Of a stretch of 64,000 nt of DNA, positions 1 to 9,327 are shown piece after piece. The stretch is from an uncultured Ruminococcus sp. (GTDB lineage Bacteria; Bacillota; Clostridia; Oscillospirales; Acutalibacteraceae). How positions within the stretch are numbered: the stretch's first letter is position 1; each line of letters starts with the position of its first letter. Made by a program: the position numbers and the translations under genes. The stretch is from assembly GCA_902794395.1 (NCBI GenBank), contig CADBHB010000001.1, positions 91,289 through 155,288 on the forward strand. Direction: 5' to 3'. The notes beneath the pieces are model-generated. The model saw only the letters and a list, made by a program, of their open reading frames with translations. It ran no database searches and was not told the origin of the DNA.

Positions 1-84
1 GACGCCGTGACGGACGGAAGGACGCCGAACGAGAAAAACGCTTTGCTGGAGGAGGCAAGGCGGATATTCGATAAAAACAAATGA
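1..84 (+). CDS. 3' end of an upstream gene (partial; C-terminus DAVTDGRTPNEKNALLEEARRIFDKNK*), possibly an HD-domain/CCA-adding-type nucleotidyltransferase
   Basis: Open frame 1 from base 1 to TGA at 82-84, followed by a terminator hairpin. The product guess rests only on a weak C-terminal resemblance. Confidence 0.4.
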   Translation, partial: DAVTDGRTPNEKNALLEEARRIFDKNK

Positions 85-115
85 TGTTTCAGTAAATCAC
101 ACAAACTGCTTTTTC

Positions 116-140
116 GGCGGCTCCTATGGGGCTGCCTTTT
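116..140 (+). terminator. Intrinsic terminator
   Basis: GGCGGCTCC-TAT-GGGGCTGCC stem followed by TTTT. Confidence 0.7.
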
Positions 141-169
141 ATTATATTGAAAAAATTTCAATAAATAGG

Positions 170-198
170 GTGACAAGCTCCGCAAAGTATGGTATATT
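170..198 (+). promoter_or_regulatory. Sigma-A-type promoter for the 1644-aa surface protein
   Basis: GTGACA-17 bp-TATATT with a TG extension; GGAGG RBS before ATG 263. Confidence 0.6.
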
Positions 199-262
199 AA
201 GAATAGAAAAGTATAAAAATAACACAAAATATTGTTAAAAACATCACAAAGGAGGCTTTTTT

Positions 263-3200
263 ATGATGAAAAAATCCGTTTCCGTGCTGTTGGCTGTAAT
301 GATGGTCCTCGGCTTGCTGCCGATGGGCGTCCTTCACGCTTTTGCCGAAGGCGACGGAGGGATAACGGCTGACTACACGCTTAGCGAAGGTCAGCGTACT
401 ATGGTGACCATCAGCGAGGGCGGCGGTATGAAGTACTGCGCCTTTACCCCCGCGGAGGACGGCGTATACATTTTTGAGTCATTCTCGGACGGGGATACTT
501 ACGCTGTCCTTTTCGACGAGAACGGCAACACTATTGACGAGCAGGATGAGGGCGGCGACGGCAATAACTTTTTGCTTGAGTCGGTTTTGTCGACTGATGC
601 CACCTATTATCTGGGAGTGAGATACTATTATTCCAACGATACCGGCTCGTTCGAGGTCTCGGCGAATATGAAGCCGCACGCAACGTCTATGAGCATAGAC
701 CCCGACGAATTAACGGGATATGTTAACATGACAAGGAATCTCAGCGTTTCATTCCAGCCTGATAACGCTGTTGAGGAAACCGTGACTTGGCAAAGCTCAA
801 ACGACACAGTCGCTTCGGTAGACAGCAGCGGCATGGTGTCTTTGAACGCGGCCGGCACGGCGACTGTTACCGCGACCTCACAGAGAGGGCTTACCGCCTC
901 CTGCACCGTGACGGTGGCGGACTATGAAACGATACTGGCGGGCGATACCAAGCAGGTTTTGATCGACGAAGAGGGCAAAGAGGTTTATTTCAAATTCGTT
1001 CCTTCCGAGTCCGGCTCATACAGCTTTTATTCGCTGGGAAATTATGATACCTACGGTTATTTGTACGACGATTCTCTCAACCTTCTGGAAAGCAGCGATG
1101 ACGGCTCCGACAGAAATTTCCGCATAGAATACGACTTGATCGCGGGCGAGACCTATTTTTTGTCGGCGAAGCTTTACGACAGCGAAGGAACAGGCGACTT
1201 CTCGGTAAAGCTTACCAAGAATGTTGCCGCCACCGCGATAGAGATAAATCAGGGCAACGCTGTCACGGGTTATGTCAACACCGATATTAACTTTGGGATC
1301 ACCGCTGTTCCGGACGGAGCCTTGGTGGGTACAGTCAGCTGGAGCAGCAGCAACACGGACGCGGTGTCGATAGACGAGCTTTACGGTTACGCTCATCTGG
1401 AGGCGACGGGCACAGCGGTCATCACCGCAGAGTCCTCAAGCGGCTTGATAGCGACTTGTACGGTAACTGTTATCGATTATGAGCAGATACTTGCCGGAAC
1501 GCCGAAAACCGTGAGCATCACAGACGGCGTTTCCCAAGCGATGTATAAATTTGTTCCCCAAAGCAGCGGCAACTATATTTTCAAATCGACGGGCAATTGG
1601 GGTCCCACCGGTTATTTGTATGATGAGAATATGAGCATGCTTTACGGCTGCTCCGGTGGCGGCGAAGGCGATAACTTCAAGTTCTCCCATTATCTTTACG
1701 AGGGAGAGGTATATTTATTTGAAACCAAGCTGCAAGACAGCGGCAACGGCACCTATCAGGTTAGCGTGACCGCCGCGCCGAGCGCTACCTCGGTGGCGTT
1801 CAATGAGGGCGAAAGCTTCACCGGCTATGTCAACACCACGAAAACGCTCTCCCTTACATTCTTTCCCGAGGATGCTTCCGAGGTCGAGGGCGAGCTTAGC
1901 TCCTCTAATCCTTCCGTGGTATCTGTAAGCGATATGACGCTGCACTTGAACAGCGTAGGCACCGCGGACGTCACCTTCACCGCGGCAAACGGTCTTAGCT
2001 GCGTGTGCCACGTTACTGTTATTGATGCTGAGCTGTTGACCGTGGGCGAAAGCAAGAGCGTTGTTATCTCGACCGCCGGAGATGAAAAGATATTTAAGGT
2101 GACTCCCTCCGAGGATATGTGCGTCGAGTTCTGTTCCGCGGGCGATGCAGATACCTATGGCACCTTGTGCAACGCGAGTATGGACGTGCTTGCGAACGAC
2201 GACGACAGCGGCGACAACAACAATTTCCTCTTGCAATATGAACTTGAGGGCGGCAAGACCTATTATTTTAGGGCGCAGTTATATGGCAATAAAACGGGCG
2301 CCTTCATGCTTGTCTCGCGTCAGATCACTTACGCGGAAAGCATAGCTGTCACACAGGGGACCGCAATAGAGACCTACATGATGCAGTTTCCCGACCTGAC
2401 TGTTACCGCAACGCCTTCCGACTCTTACGTGGGCACTTTGACATGGACCAGCTCGGACAACAGTGTGGTGACGGTCGACGATTACGGTGACCTCAGTTCC
2501 GTCGGTCTCGGCACCGCGACTGTCACCGTCACCAACGACAGAGGTCTGAGCGCCTCCGTCACCGTGACCGTGAAGGATTTTGAGAATATTACCGAGGGGC
2601 AGACCGAAACGGCGAGCATCCTCTATCCCGGGCACTGCATCGTCTACCGCTTTACGCCCGACAACGATTATCATTACGCATTTTATTCCGAGGGAAATCT
2701 GTATACCTACGGCAAGATTCTTGACAGCGACGGCGATCTTTTGGTGGATGATTACGGGAGCAACGGCAGGAATTTCCGTATTTCCGCCGCGATGGAGAGC
2801 GGACATACCTATTATCTGGTCACGGGTATATACAGCGGCAAAACAACAGGCAGCTTTACTGTCGGCGTACAACAGACGGTATATACGTCTGAGCTTGAGA
2901 TCCTGACTCTGCCCGACAGACAGACTTATGTCACGGGCTTTGTGGGCAGGTATGCCGAATTTGAAGGGCTGAGCGCGCGCATCACCCGCTCGGACGGAGA
3001 GGTCATAAACTGGACCTACGGCGACAGCCGCAACATCTGCGGAGATTATTTGGAGATTATCATCAGCGGCAGCACCGTTTCGCTGAGCTGCGGCGAAGGC
3101 AGCGACAGCTTCCAACTGACGCTTACAGAAAACCCCGTTGCGGATCTGACTGTTACTCAGGGGACTTCCGCGACCCTGACAGAGAATTACGACGGAGAAA

Positions 3201-5197
3201 TGGACAACTTTGCAGATCCTCCGTTCTTCCGTTATGACTACGGAGCGCTTAGAAGAGACATCGAGGTGCTCATAACCTATAAGGACGGCACACAGAGGAC
3301 CGCGCACGCGGGAGATGTAGTGGACGGCTATGAGATCGAGGTCAGTGATTACCAATCGGCACAACCGTGGACTCCGGGAGAGAACCCGATAACAGTGTCA
3401 TATCTCGGCTTCAGCGACGAGACGACCATCACCGTAGAGGAGAGCAACGTTACGGGCATCGAGATCATCGACGCTCCGGAAATAACCTTGATCGAATACG
3501 CGGACGGATATATTAATCAGCGCTACGACCAGGATTCCGGAGAATATGTGGACTACTTCTATTACCGTCTTGCAAATCTGGACGAAATTAAGGTGCGCAT
3601 CCACTTTAAGGACGGCTCATCAACAGACGCCTATGTATATCAAACCGTAAACGACTGCATGATCGAAGCCGATTCAAACCAGTATAACAATCCCTATGTG
3701 CTCGGCAGCGACAATGAGGTCGTGGTGTCATACATGGGCAAGACCGCTGTGCTGTACGTCACCGTGGTCGAGAATCCCGTTGTCGGCATCACGGTGACAA
3801 GGAACACCTCGGCGACGCTGATAGAAAACAGCGACGGATACTGGACAAAGAATTACGATCCCGATACCGATGAATACACTAGTGACTTCTTCAACTACAC
3901 GCTTCCCGATATGAGCGACGCTGAAATCACCATCTTCTATTCCGACGGCACCTCAAGAACGGCGAATGTAGGCGATTACGTGGACGGCTACTATGTGGAG
4001 GCTTACTCCGACCAGTACGAAAATCACTGGTCGCTCGGCGAAAACACCGTTACTGTCAGCTATATGGGCGTGGAAGCTACGATGCCGGTCACTGTAGTCG
4101 AAACACCGGCGGCGACCATCACCATCAACAGCGCTCCCGTCAGAGAATATGTTTACAACGACTGCGTCTACGGCGAACCCGATTACTTCACCCCTGACGA
4201 TATGACGGGGCTCAGCTTTACCGTCGGCTTCAAGAACGGTACATCCAAGACCTACACATACGCGGACATAGACGAAAACGGCATGATAGACGGACATCCG
4301 TATTCTGCGAAAGCGGTCAATAATGTTCAGACCGTCGGCAGCAACGCCGTGACTTTCAGCTATCTGGGCGTGGAGGCTACCTACAATGTCACGGTAAAGG
4401 ATAGCAGCGTGTCTGCTCTGGAGATAGTAAGGCTTCCCGATAAGCCCGTGGTTTCACGTTATTATTTGCCCGACTGGCGCGGCATGCAGGTCAAGTTCAC
4501 CAAGAAGAACGGCAGTACCGAAACCGTGACCATCAGCGACGCTAATATGGTGTTCGGCTTCTGCGGTTACTACGGCTTCTATGTCGGCTTTGAGTATGAC
4601 GGCACTATGGCGGTCATTTGCAGGACCCATTACAATGACTCAACAGGCTTTGCTGTGTTTTACGCGGGGCTCAGCGCCGAAATAGGGGGATTGACCTACC
4701 GCGAGGACAAGGTAGTTACCGACGTACAGATAGAGGACTTCAGCATTACCGGCGAGAATATGCTGGTCAAGGCGACCTTCGCGGACGGCACCAATGAGAA
4801 CATCCGCCTTACCGACATCAGGGACTGCAGATCCGGCTGGACAAAAGACTGGATTATTTGCAGAGCCATGACCGATAAGGGCATGCTCTATGTTCAGATA
4901 TCCGTCAAAGATAAACCTCAGCAAAAGGTTGTTGTATTTGACCTCGAAACGTGCGTGGCGGGCTCCGGCTCTGAAATGCTGCTGGGCGACGTTACAGGCG
5001 ACGGTGCGGTCACGATTGACGACGTGACAAGGCTGCAAAGCTATTTAACAGAGTACAGCGTGCCTAACGTTTCGCGCATCCGCAGCTGCGGCGACGTCAA
5101 CGGCGACGGAAGGATCGACGTCAATGACATCACCGACATCCAGCGCTATTTGGCTGAGGTCGAAGCTCCGGCGGGCATCGGCGCTCCTATAGCATAA
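263..5197 (+). CDS. Large secreted modular surface protein: signal peptide, alternating PPC-like and Ig-like (Big_2-type) modules, further Ig-like repeats, C-terminal dockerin
   Basis: MKK...FAE signal peptide. Repeated VTWxSSNxxVAxVDxxGxV...GTATVT motifs alternate with YxFxPxxxGxYxFxSxGxxDTYxxLxD...DD..NF modules. C-terminal duplicated Ca-binding loops GDVTGDGAVTIDD and GDVNGDGRIDVND. Confidence 0.9.
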   Translation: MMKKSVSVLLAVMMVLGLLPMGVLHAFAEGDGGITADYTLSEGQRTMVTISEGGGMKYCAFTPAEDGVYIFESFSDGDTYAVLFDENGNTIDEQDEGGDGNNFLLESVLSTDATYYLGVRYYYSNDTGSFEVSANMKPHATSMSIDPDELTGYVNMTRNLSVSFQPDNAVEETVTWQSSNDTVASVDSSGMVSLNAAGTATVTATSQRGLTASCTVTVADYETILAGDTKQVLIDEEGKEVYFKFVPSESGSYSFYSLGNYDTYGYLYDDSLNLLESSDDGSDRNFRIEYDLIAGETYFLSAKLYDSEGTGDFSVKLTKNVAATAIEINQGNAVTGYVNTDINFGITAVPDGALVGTVSWSSSNTDAVSIDELYGYAHLEATGTAVITAESSSGLIATCTVTVIDYEQILAGTPKTVSITDGVSQAMYKFVPQSSGNYIFKSTGNWGPTGYLYDENMSMLYGCSGGGEGDNFKFSHYLYEGEVYLFETKLQDSGNGTYQVSVTAAPSATSVAFNEGESFTGYVNTTKTLSLTFFPEDASEVEGELSSSNPSVVSVSDMTLHLNSVGTADVTFTAANGLSCVCHVTVIDAELLTVGESKSVVISTAGDEKIFKVTPSEDMCVEFCSAGDADTYGTLCNASMDVLANDDDSGDNNNFLLQYELEGGKTYYFRAQLYGNKTGAFMLVSRQITYAESIAVTQGTAIETYMMQFPDLTVTATPSDSYVGTLTWTSSDNSVVTVDDYGDLSSVGLGTATVTVTNDRGLSASVTVTVKDFENITEGQTETASILYPGHCIVYRFTPDNDYHYAFYSEGNLYTYGKILDSDGDLLVDDYGSNGRNFRISAAMESGHTYYLVTGIYSGKTTGSFTVGVQQTVYTSELEILTLPDRQTYVTGFVGRYAEFEGLSARITRSDGEVINWTYGDSRNICGDYLEIIISGSTVSLSCGEGSDSFQLTLTENPVADLTVTQGTSATLTENYDGEMDNFADPPFFRYDYGALRRDIEVLITYKDGTQRTAHAGDVVDGYEIEVSDYQSAQPWTPGENPITVSYLGFSDETTITVEESNVTGIEIIDAPEITLIEYADGYINQRYDQDSGEYVDYFYYRLANLDEIKVRIHFKDGSSTDAYVYQTVNDCMIEADSNQYNNPYVLGSDNEVVVSYMGKTAVLYVTVVENPVVGITVTRNTSATLIENSDGYWTKNYDPDTDEYTSDFFNYTLPDMSDAEITIFYSDGTSRTANVGDYVDGYYVEAYSDQYENHWSLGENTVTVSYMGVEATMPVTVVETPAATITINSAPVREYVYNDCVYGEPDYFTPDDMTGLSFTVGFKNGTSKTYTYADIDENGMIDGHPYSAKAVNNVQTVGSNAVTFSYLGVEATYNVTVKDSSVSALEIVRLPDKPVVSRYYLPDWRGMQVKFTKKNGSTETVTISDANMVFGFCGYYGFYVGFEYDGTMAVICRTHYNDSTGFAVFYAGLSAEIGGLTYREDKVVTDVQIEDFSITGENMLVKATFADGTNENIRLTDIRDCRSGWTKDWIICRAMTDKGMLYVQISVKDKPQQKVVVFDLETCVAGSGSEMLLGDVTGDGAVTIDDVTRLQSYLTEYSVPNVSRIRSCGDVNGDGRIDVNDITDIQRYLAEVEAPAGIGAPIA

Positions 5198-5204
5198 AAC
5201 AGGT

Positions 5205-5233
5205 AAGGGGTCGGCTTTTACAGCCGCCCCTTT
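5205..5233 (+). terminator. Intrinsic terminator
   Basis: AAGGGG(T)CGGCT...AGCCGCCCCTTT hairpin just after stop 5197. Confidence 0.65.
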
Positions 5234-5388
5234 GCTTACAAGGTCTATAGTGCTCGGCTGTGACACTGTATTGCGGTTTACAGTGCGAGGACTATATGGT
5301 AAAATAGTACCGATACCGACAAGCGGACGGGCTTGCGCTCTGCTTTCCGTCGGTCAACGGTACAAATCAGAAAATCGGGAGGACTGTT

Positions 5389-6486
5389 ATGTTTTGCAAC
5401 AGGTGCGGTAAGGAAAACCGCGACGAAGCCGCGTTTTGCGGCGGCTGCGGCGCTGATCTGGCGCCGATGAAGCAGGCTGCGGCAAGACCTGCCGCTGTGC
5501 CCGGGCAGGAGTCAAGGGGCAGAAAGATATTTTCGCTGGTGCTCTACATGGTGTGCGGCGGAACGGCTATCTACAACATGCTGCTGCCGCTGTTGCCGCA
5601 GGTGATAGCGAAAAGCAAGGGTACCATGAATTTTGTTCAGATATTCATTCACATTATGGAGAATGTAAGCTCGTCCGGCGGCACGGGCTTCTTCGGCGGC
5701 AACAACGAAGCTGCCGCTGCCGTGACGTTTTTCTTCATCTCGTTCGTTATAATCGCAGCGTTTTATGTCACCTGGGCCATCCTTTCCTTTACCAGAAGGC
5801 GCTCGGCAGGCGGCTGGGGCATAGCCTCAAACACGCTTATGCTGCTGGTTTCATTCATTTGGACGGTAATGTTGAATATATCGGCTAAGGACTCTTCCCG
5901 CATGGGGCTGGTAGTGACGGCGGTGCCGTACTTGATGATGTTTTCCGCTGTCGAGGGCGTTGCGTTCGGAATAGTGCAGCTTGTGTTCCGCGATACGGTG
6001 CGAAAAAAGCTGACCGTGGCGCAGAAGGCTAAAAAGACGCAGGGCGCTAAGGTTTTGTATTGGATATGCGCGGGCTGCGGCGCTTTGAACGCGCTGATGA
6101 TGTTTTTGCCTACGCTGGAATACCGAAATGACTTTGGTATCGGCGTGAAAGCACACCCTTTTTCGATGATACAGTTTTTCTCAAAGGCGTCTGACGGCAC
6201 CTTTGAAAAAAACACCAAGACGGTGGCTGTAATGTTTATCATCGGTACGTTGTTGTTGATCGCGTGGGCGGTGCTGTCTTTTATGAAGCTGCCCTTTGCG
6301 GGCGGCATAGGCATCGTCGCGTCGCTTACGGCGGTCATCTTTCCGTCTGTTTACTGTTCACTGCTGTATGACCACACAAAGCCGGTCTATGTAGACCCGG
6401 GCACGGTGTATGGGCTTGTTTTATTCTTGTCCTTGGCGGGATTTGTGCTGGCTATCATCCAGCAGGTAAAATGGAGACGTGTTTGA
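5389..6486 (+). CDS. Zinc-ribbon-domain multi-pass membrane protein
   Basis: N-terminal CxxC-x13-CxxC (MFCNRCGKEN...FCGGCG), ~8 hydrophobic segments, GGAGG RBS. Confidence 0.85.
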   Translation: MFCNRCGKENRDEAAFCGGCGADLAPMKQAAARPAAVPGQESRGRKIFSLVLYMVCGGTAIYNMLLPLLPQVIAKSKGTMNFVQIFIHIMENVSSSGGTGFFGGNNEAAAAVTFFFISFVIIAAFYVTWAILSFTRRRSAGGWGIASNTLMLLVSFIWTVMLNISAKDSSRMGLVVTAVPYLMMFSAVEGVAFGIVQLVFRDTVRKKLTVAQKAKKTQGAKVLYWICAGCGALNALMMFLPTLEYRNDFGIGVKAHPFSMIQFFSKASDGTFEKNTKTVAVMFIIGTLLLIAWAVLSFMKLPFAGGIGIVASLTAVIFPSVYCSLLYDHTKPVYVDPGTVYGLVLFLSLAGFVLAIIQQVKWRRV

Positions 6487-6516
6487 CATGTGACTCGGTA
6501 AGTTAGGAGGCTCGTT

Positions 6517-7564
6517 ATGTTTTGCACTAAATGTGGTAGGGAAAACAACGATAACGCCGCGTTTTGCGGCGGCTGCGGCGCCGAGGGAAGCGTCGCGCGG
6601 CAAAAAGATATTTGTAAAGGTGCTGTGCATAGTCAGCGGCTTTACGGCGCTGCTTACAGCTTTAATGCTGCTTTTGCCGCAGGTAGTGCTTACAAAAGAT
6701 GGTTCACTGAATTTTTTCGAGATTTTTGCGAGCGCGATGAGCAACGATATGAAACCGGATTTCGGCGGCGGCGTGACAACCGTAGTGTTCTTCTTCCTCG
6801 CTTTTTTGCTGACTACGGTGTTTTACATCGTATGGATGATAAATTCTCTTGCAAGAAGGCGTTCGGCGGGCGTGTGGGGCATTGTGACCAACGCGCTGAT
6901 GCAGACGATCTCTATCTTCTGGCTGGTCGCGTTGAGGAACGCGTTGAGTGATTCGAGCTTTCACGGCTTTGTGACGCCGGTTCCGATGCTGATGACAACG
7001 ATGGCGACAGACGGCTTGGCGCTTTCGGTACTGCAGCTGATTTTCCGTGACACGATACGCAAAAAGCCGACGGCTGAGGAGCTCTCGGTCAAAACCCGGG
7101 GCGCTAAGATGCTGTTTTACGTCTGCTCTGTTTTCGCCGTGCTGGAAGCGCTGACAGTGTTCATTCCCGCTTTGTCCCGCCATTACAATAAATTTAAGGT
7201 GTTGTATGATGATGCGGGCAACATAAAACATACGATAACTTTAAACAGGTTAGAGCATTTCTCGCCGGCGGGGTTCATAGGCAAGGCGTTCAGCGGTGAA
7301 ATAGAAGGTAACGCGGTCCCGGTGGTGGTAATGATAATCCTGTCTGCGGCGCTGCTTATCGCGTGGGCGGCGCTTTGTGTGCTGAGAAAGCCGTTTGCCG
7401 GGTTCATCGGACTGGGCGCGTCTGTCTTTGCCCTTGTATATCCCTTTGCGGCGACCGCCTTTGTAAAAATCGGTATCGAAGACGCGTTTTGGCTTTCTTT
7501 TCTGAGCTATATCGCGGGCATCGTGCTGGCGAGCATACAGATCGCAAAGCGGAAAAGGATTTGA
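6517..7564 (+). pseudogene. Frameshifted paralog of the 5389-6486 zinc-ribbon membrane protein
   Basis: AGGAGG RBS and ATG 6517 encode MFCTKCGRENNDNAAFCGGCGA. The homologous membrane part (REASRGKKIF...) lies in the +1 frame (ORF 6533-7564). The linker present in paralog 1 is missing around 6580-6585. Confidence 0.75.
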
Positions 7565-7581
7565 CTATAATTCTAATTAAG

Positions 7582-7615
7582 AAAAAACGGACGTGTCATG
7601 TGACACGTCCGTTTT
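7582..7615. terminator. Bidirectional terminator between convergent genes
   Basis: AAAACGGACGTGTCA-TG-TGACACGTCCGTTTT perfect inverted repeat. Confidence 0.85.
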
Positions 7616-7638
7616 GTGCGTTTTTGTGCGTTTTGGTG

Positions 7639-8811
7639 TTATATTCTCGCCACGCCGGAGTCGATAGCTGCCTGCTTTACGGCGGCTGCTACCGCCTTGC
7701 CCACACGGGGGTCGAAGGCGTGGGGGAGGATGTAGTCGGCGCTCAGCTCGCTTTCGTCGATGATGGAGGCGAGGGCGTAGGAGGCGGCGATCTTCATTTC
7801 CTCGTTGATGTCGGCGGCGCGGCAGTCAAGCGCTCCGCGGAATATACCCGGGAAGGCGAGGACGTTGTTTATCTGGTTGGGGAAGTCGCTTCTGCCCGTG
7901 CCCACAACAGCCGCGCCCGCGTTTTTGGCTAGGTCGGGCATTATCTCGGGGGTGGGGTTAGCCATGGCGAAGATAATGGCGTCGCGGTTCATGGAGCGCA
8001 CCATGTCCTCGCTGACGCAGCCCGCGGCGGAGATGCCGAGGAACACGTCCGCGCCGACCATAGCGTCGGCAAGCGTGCCGGTCTTGTGCTCAAGGTTGGT
8101 TATCTCAGCCATTTCGCGCTTTACGGCGTTTAGGCGCTCGTCGCCCTTGCAGATTATGCCCTTGCTGTCGCACATGGTGATGTGGCGCACGCCCATGTTC
8201 ATAAGGTGCTTCGCTATGGCGATGCCCGCGGCGCCCGCGCCGTTCATCACTACCTTTATTTCATCTATCTTTTTGTTTGTGATCTTCAGGGCGTTCAGCA
8301 GTCCCGCCGCTACGATTATTGCGGTGCCGTGCTGGTCGTCGTGGAAGATCGGGATGTCGCATTTTTCCTTGAGCTTGCGCTCGATCTCAAAGCAGCGGGG
8401 AGCGGAGATGTCCTCGAGGTTGATGCCGCCGAAGGAGCCGCTGATGAGGTAGACGGTGTTTACTATCTCGTCCACGTCCTTGCTCTTGACGCAGAGCGGA
8501 AAAGCGTCAACGTCGCCGAAGGCTTTGAACAGCGCGCATTTGCCCTCCATTACTGGCATGCCCGCCTCGGGACCAATGTCGCCCAGACCCAGCACGGCGG
8601 TGCCGTCGGTGATCACCGCCACCAGATTGCTGCGGCGGGTCAGCTCATAGCTTTTGTTGATGTCCTTTTGCACCTCCAGACATGGCTCCGCGACGCCCGG
8701 GGTGTAGGCGAGCGCCAGGTCCTCGGAGGAATTGATGGGGACGCGCGAGATGACCTCTATCTTGCCGTTCCAGTCGTAGTGCAGTTTTAATGATTCTTCT
8801 CTGATGTCCAT
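7639..8811 (-). CDS. NAD(P)-dependent malic enzyme
   Basis: Motifs YTPGVAEPC, VAVITDGTAVLGLGDIG, FHDDQHGTA, GAGAAG, FAMANPTPEI, GRSDFPNQINN. Start reassigned to MDIRE behind an AAAGGAG RBS. Confidence 0.95.
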   Translation of the reverse strand: MDIREESLKLHYDWNGKIEVISRVPINSSEDLALAYTPGVAEPCLEVQKDINKSYELTRRSNLVAVITDGTAVLGLGDIGPEAGMPVMEGKCALFKAFGDVDAFPLCVKSKDVDEIVNTVYLISGSFGGINLEDISAPRCFEIERKLKEKCDIPIFHDDQHGTAIIVAAGLLNALKITNKKIDEIKVVMNGAGAAGIAIAKHLMNMGVRHITMCDSKGIICKGDERLNAVKREMAEITNLEHKTGTLADAMVGADVFLGISAAGCVSEDMVRSMNRDAIIFAMANPTPEIMPDLAKNAGAAVVGTGRSDFPNQINNVLAFPGIFRGALDCRAADINEEMKIAASYALASIIDESELSADYILPHAFDPRVGKAVAAAVKQAAIDSGVARI

Positions 8812-8874
8812 AAAATTACTCCTTTCTAACCATCGACCATTATAAATCAAAACGCGGGTGATGGCAAGAACTAT

Positions 8875-8903
8875 TTGACTTTTTTCGCTTTTTGTTTTAT
8901 ATT
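8875..8903 (+). promoter_or_regulatory. rnpB promoter
   Basis: TTGACT-17 bp-TATATT, 6 nt upstream of the RNA 5' end. Confidence 0.7.
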
Positions 8904-8909
8904 ATAGTT

Positions 8910-9254
8910 GCGAGTGCGCCGAACAGCCGCGAGCAGCGCCCGAAAGGGTCTGTGCGAGGAAAGTCCGGGCTTCACAGAGCAAAAATAACGGCTAACGGCC
9001 GCCGGGGGCGACCCCAGGGATAGTGCAACAGAAAGTTACCGCCCGCTTTGCGGGTAAGGGTGGAAAGGTGAGGTAAGAGCTCACCGGAGGGCGGGAGACC
9101 GCTCTGCCGTGTAAACCCTATTTGAAGCAACACCGTGGAGGGACATATGCGCTTGCTCGGCGCGTCCCGGGGAGGTGGCATCGAGCGGCTCGGGCAACCG
9201 ACCGCCAAGATAGATGGCTGTTCAAGACAGAACCCGGCTTACAGACGCAGTCGC
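8910..9254 (+). ncRNA. rnpB: RNase P RNA (type A)
   Basis: Universal GAGGAAAGTCCGGGC and ACAGAACCCGGCTTA P4 strands, GATAGTGCAACAGAAA, GGTAAGGGTGGAAAGG and GTAAACCC motifs; the 5' and 3' ends pair. Confidence 0.97.
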
Positions 9255-9260
9255 GCTTTA

Positions 9261-9289
9261 AAAAGCTGACCTTTGGGTCGGCTTTTTTT
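9261..9289. terminator. Terminator shared by rnpB and the convergent flavoprotein operon
   Basis: AAAAGCTGACC-TTT-GGGTCGGCTTTTTTT. Confidence 0.8.
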
Positions 9290-9327
9290 CGTGGTCTGTA
9301 ATAACGCGGTGCGGATGTGTCTGCCTG

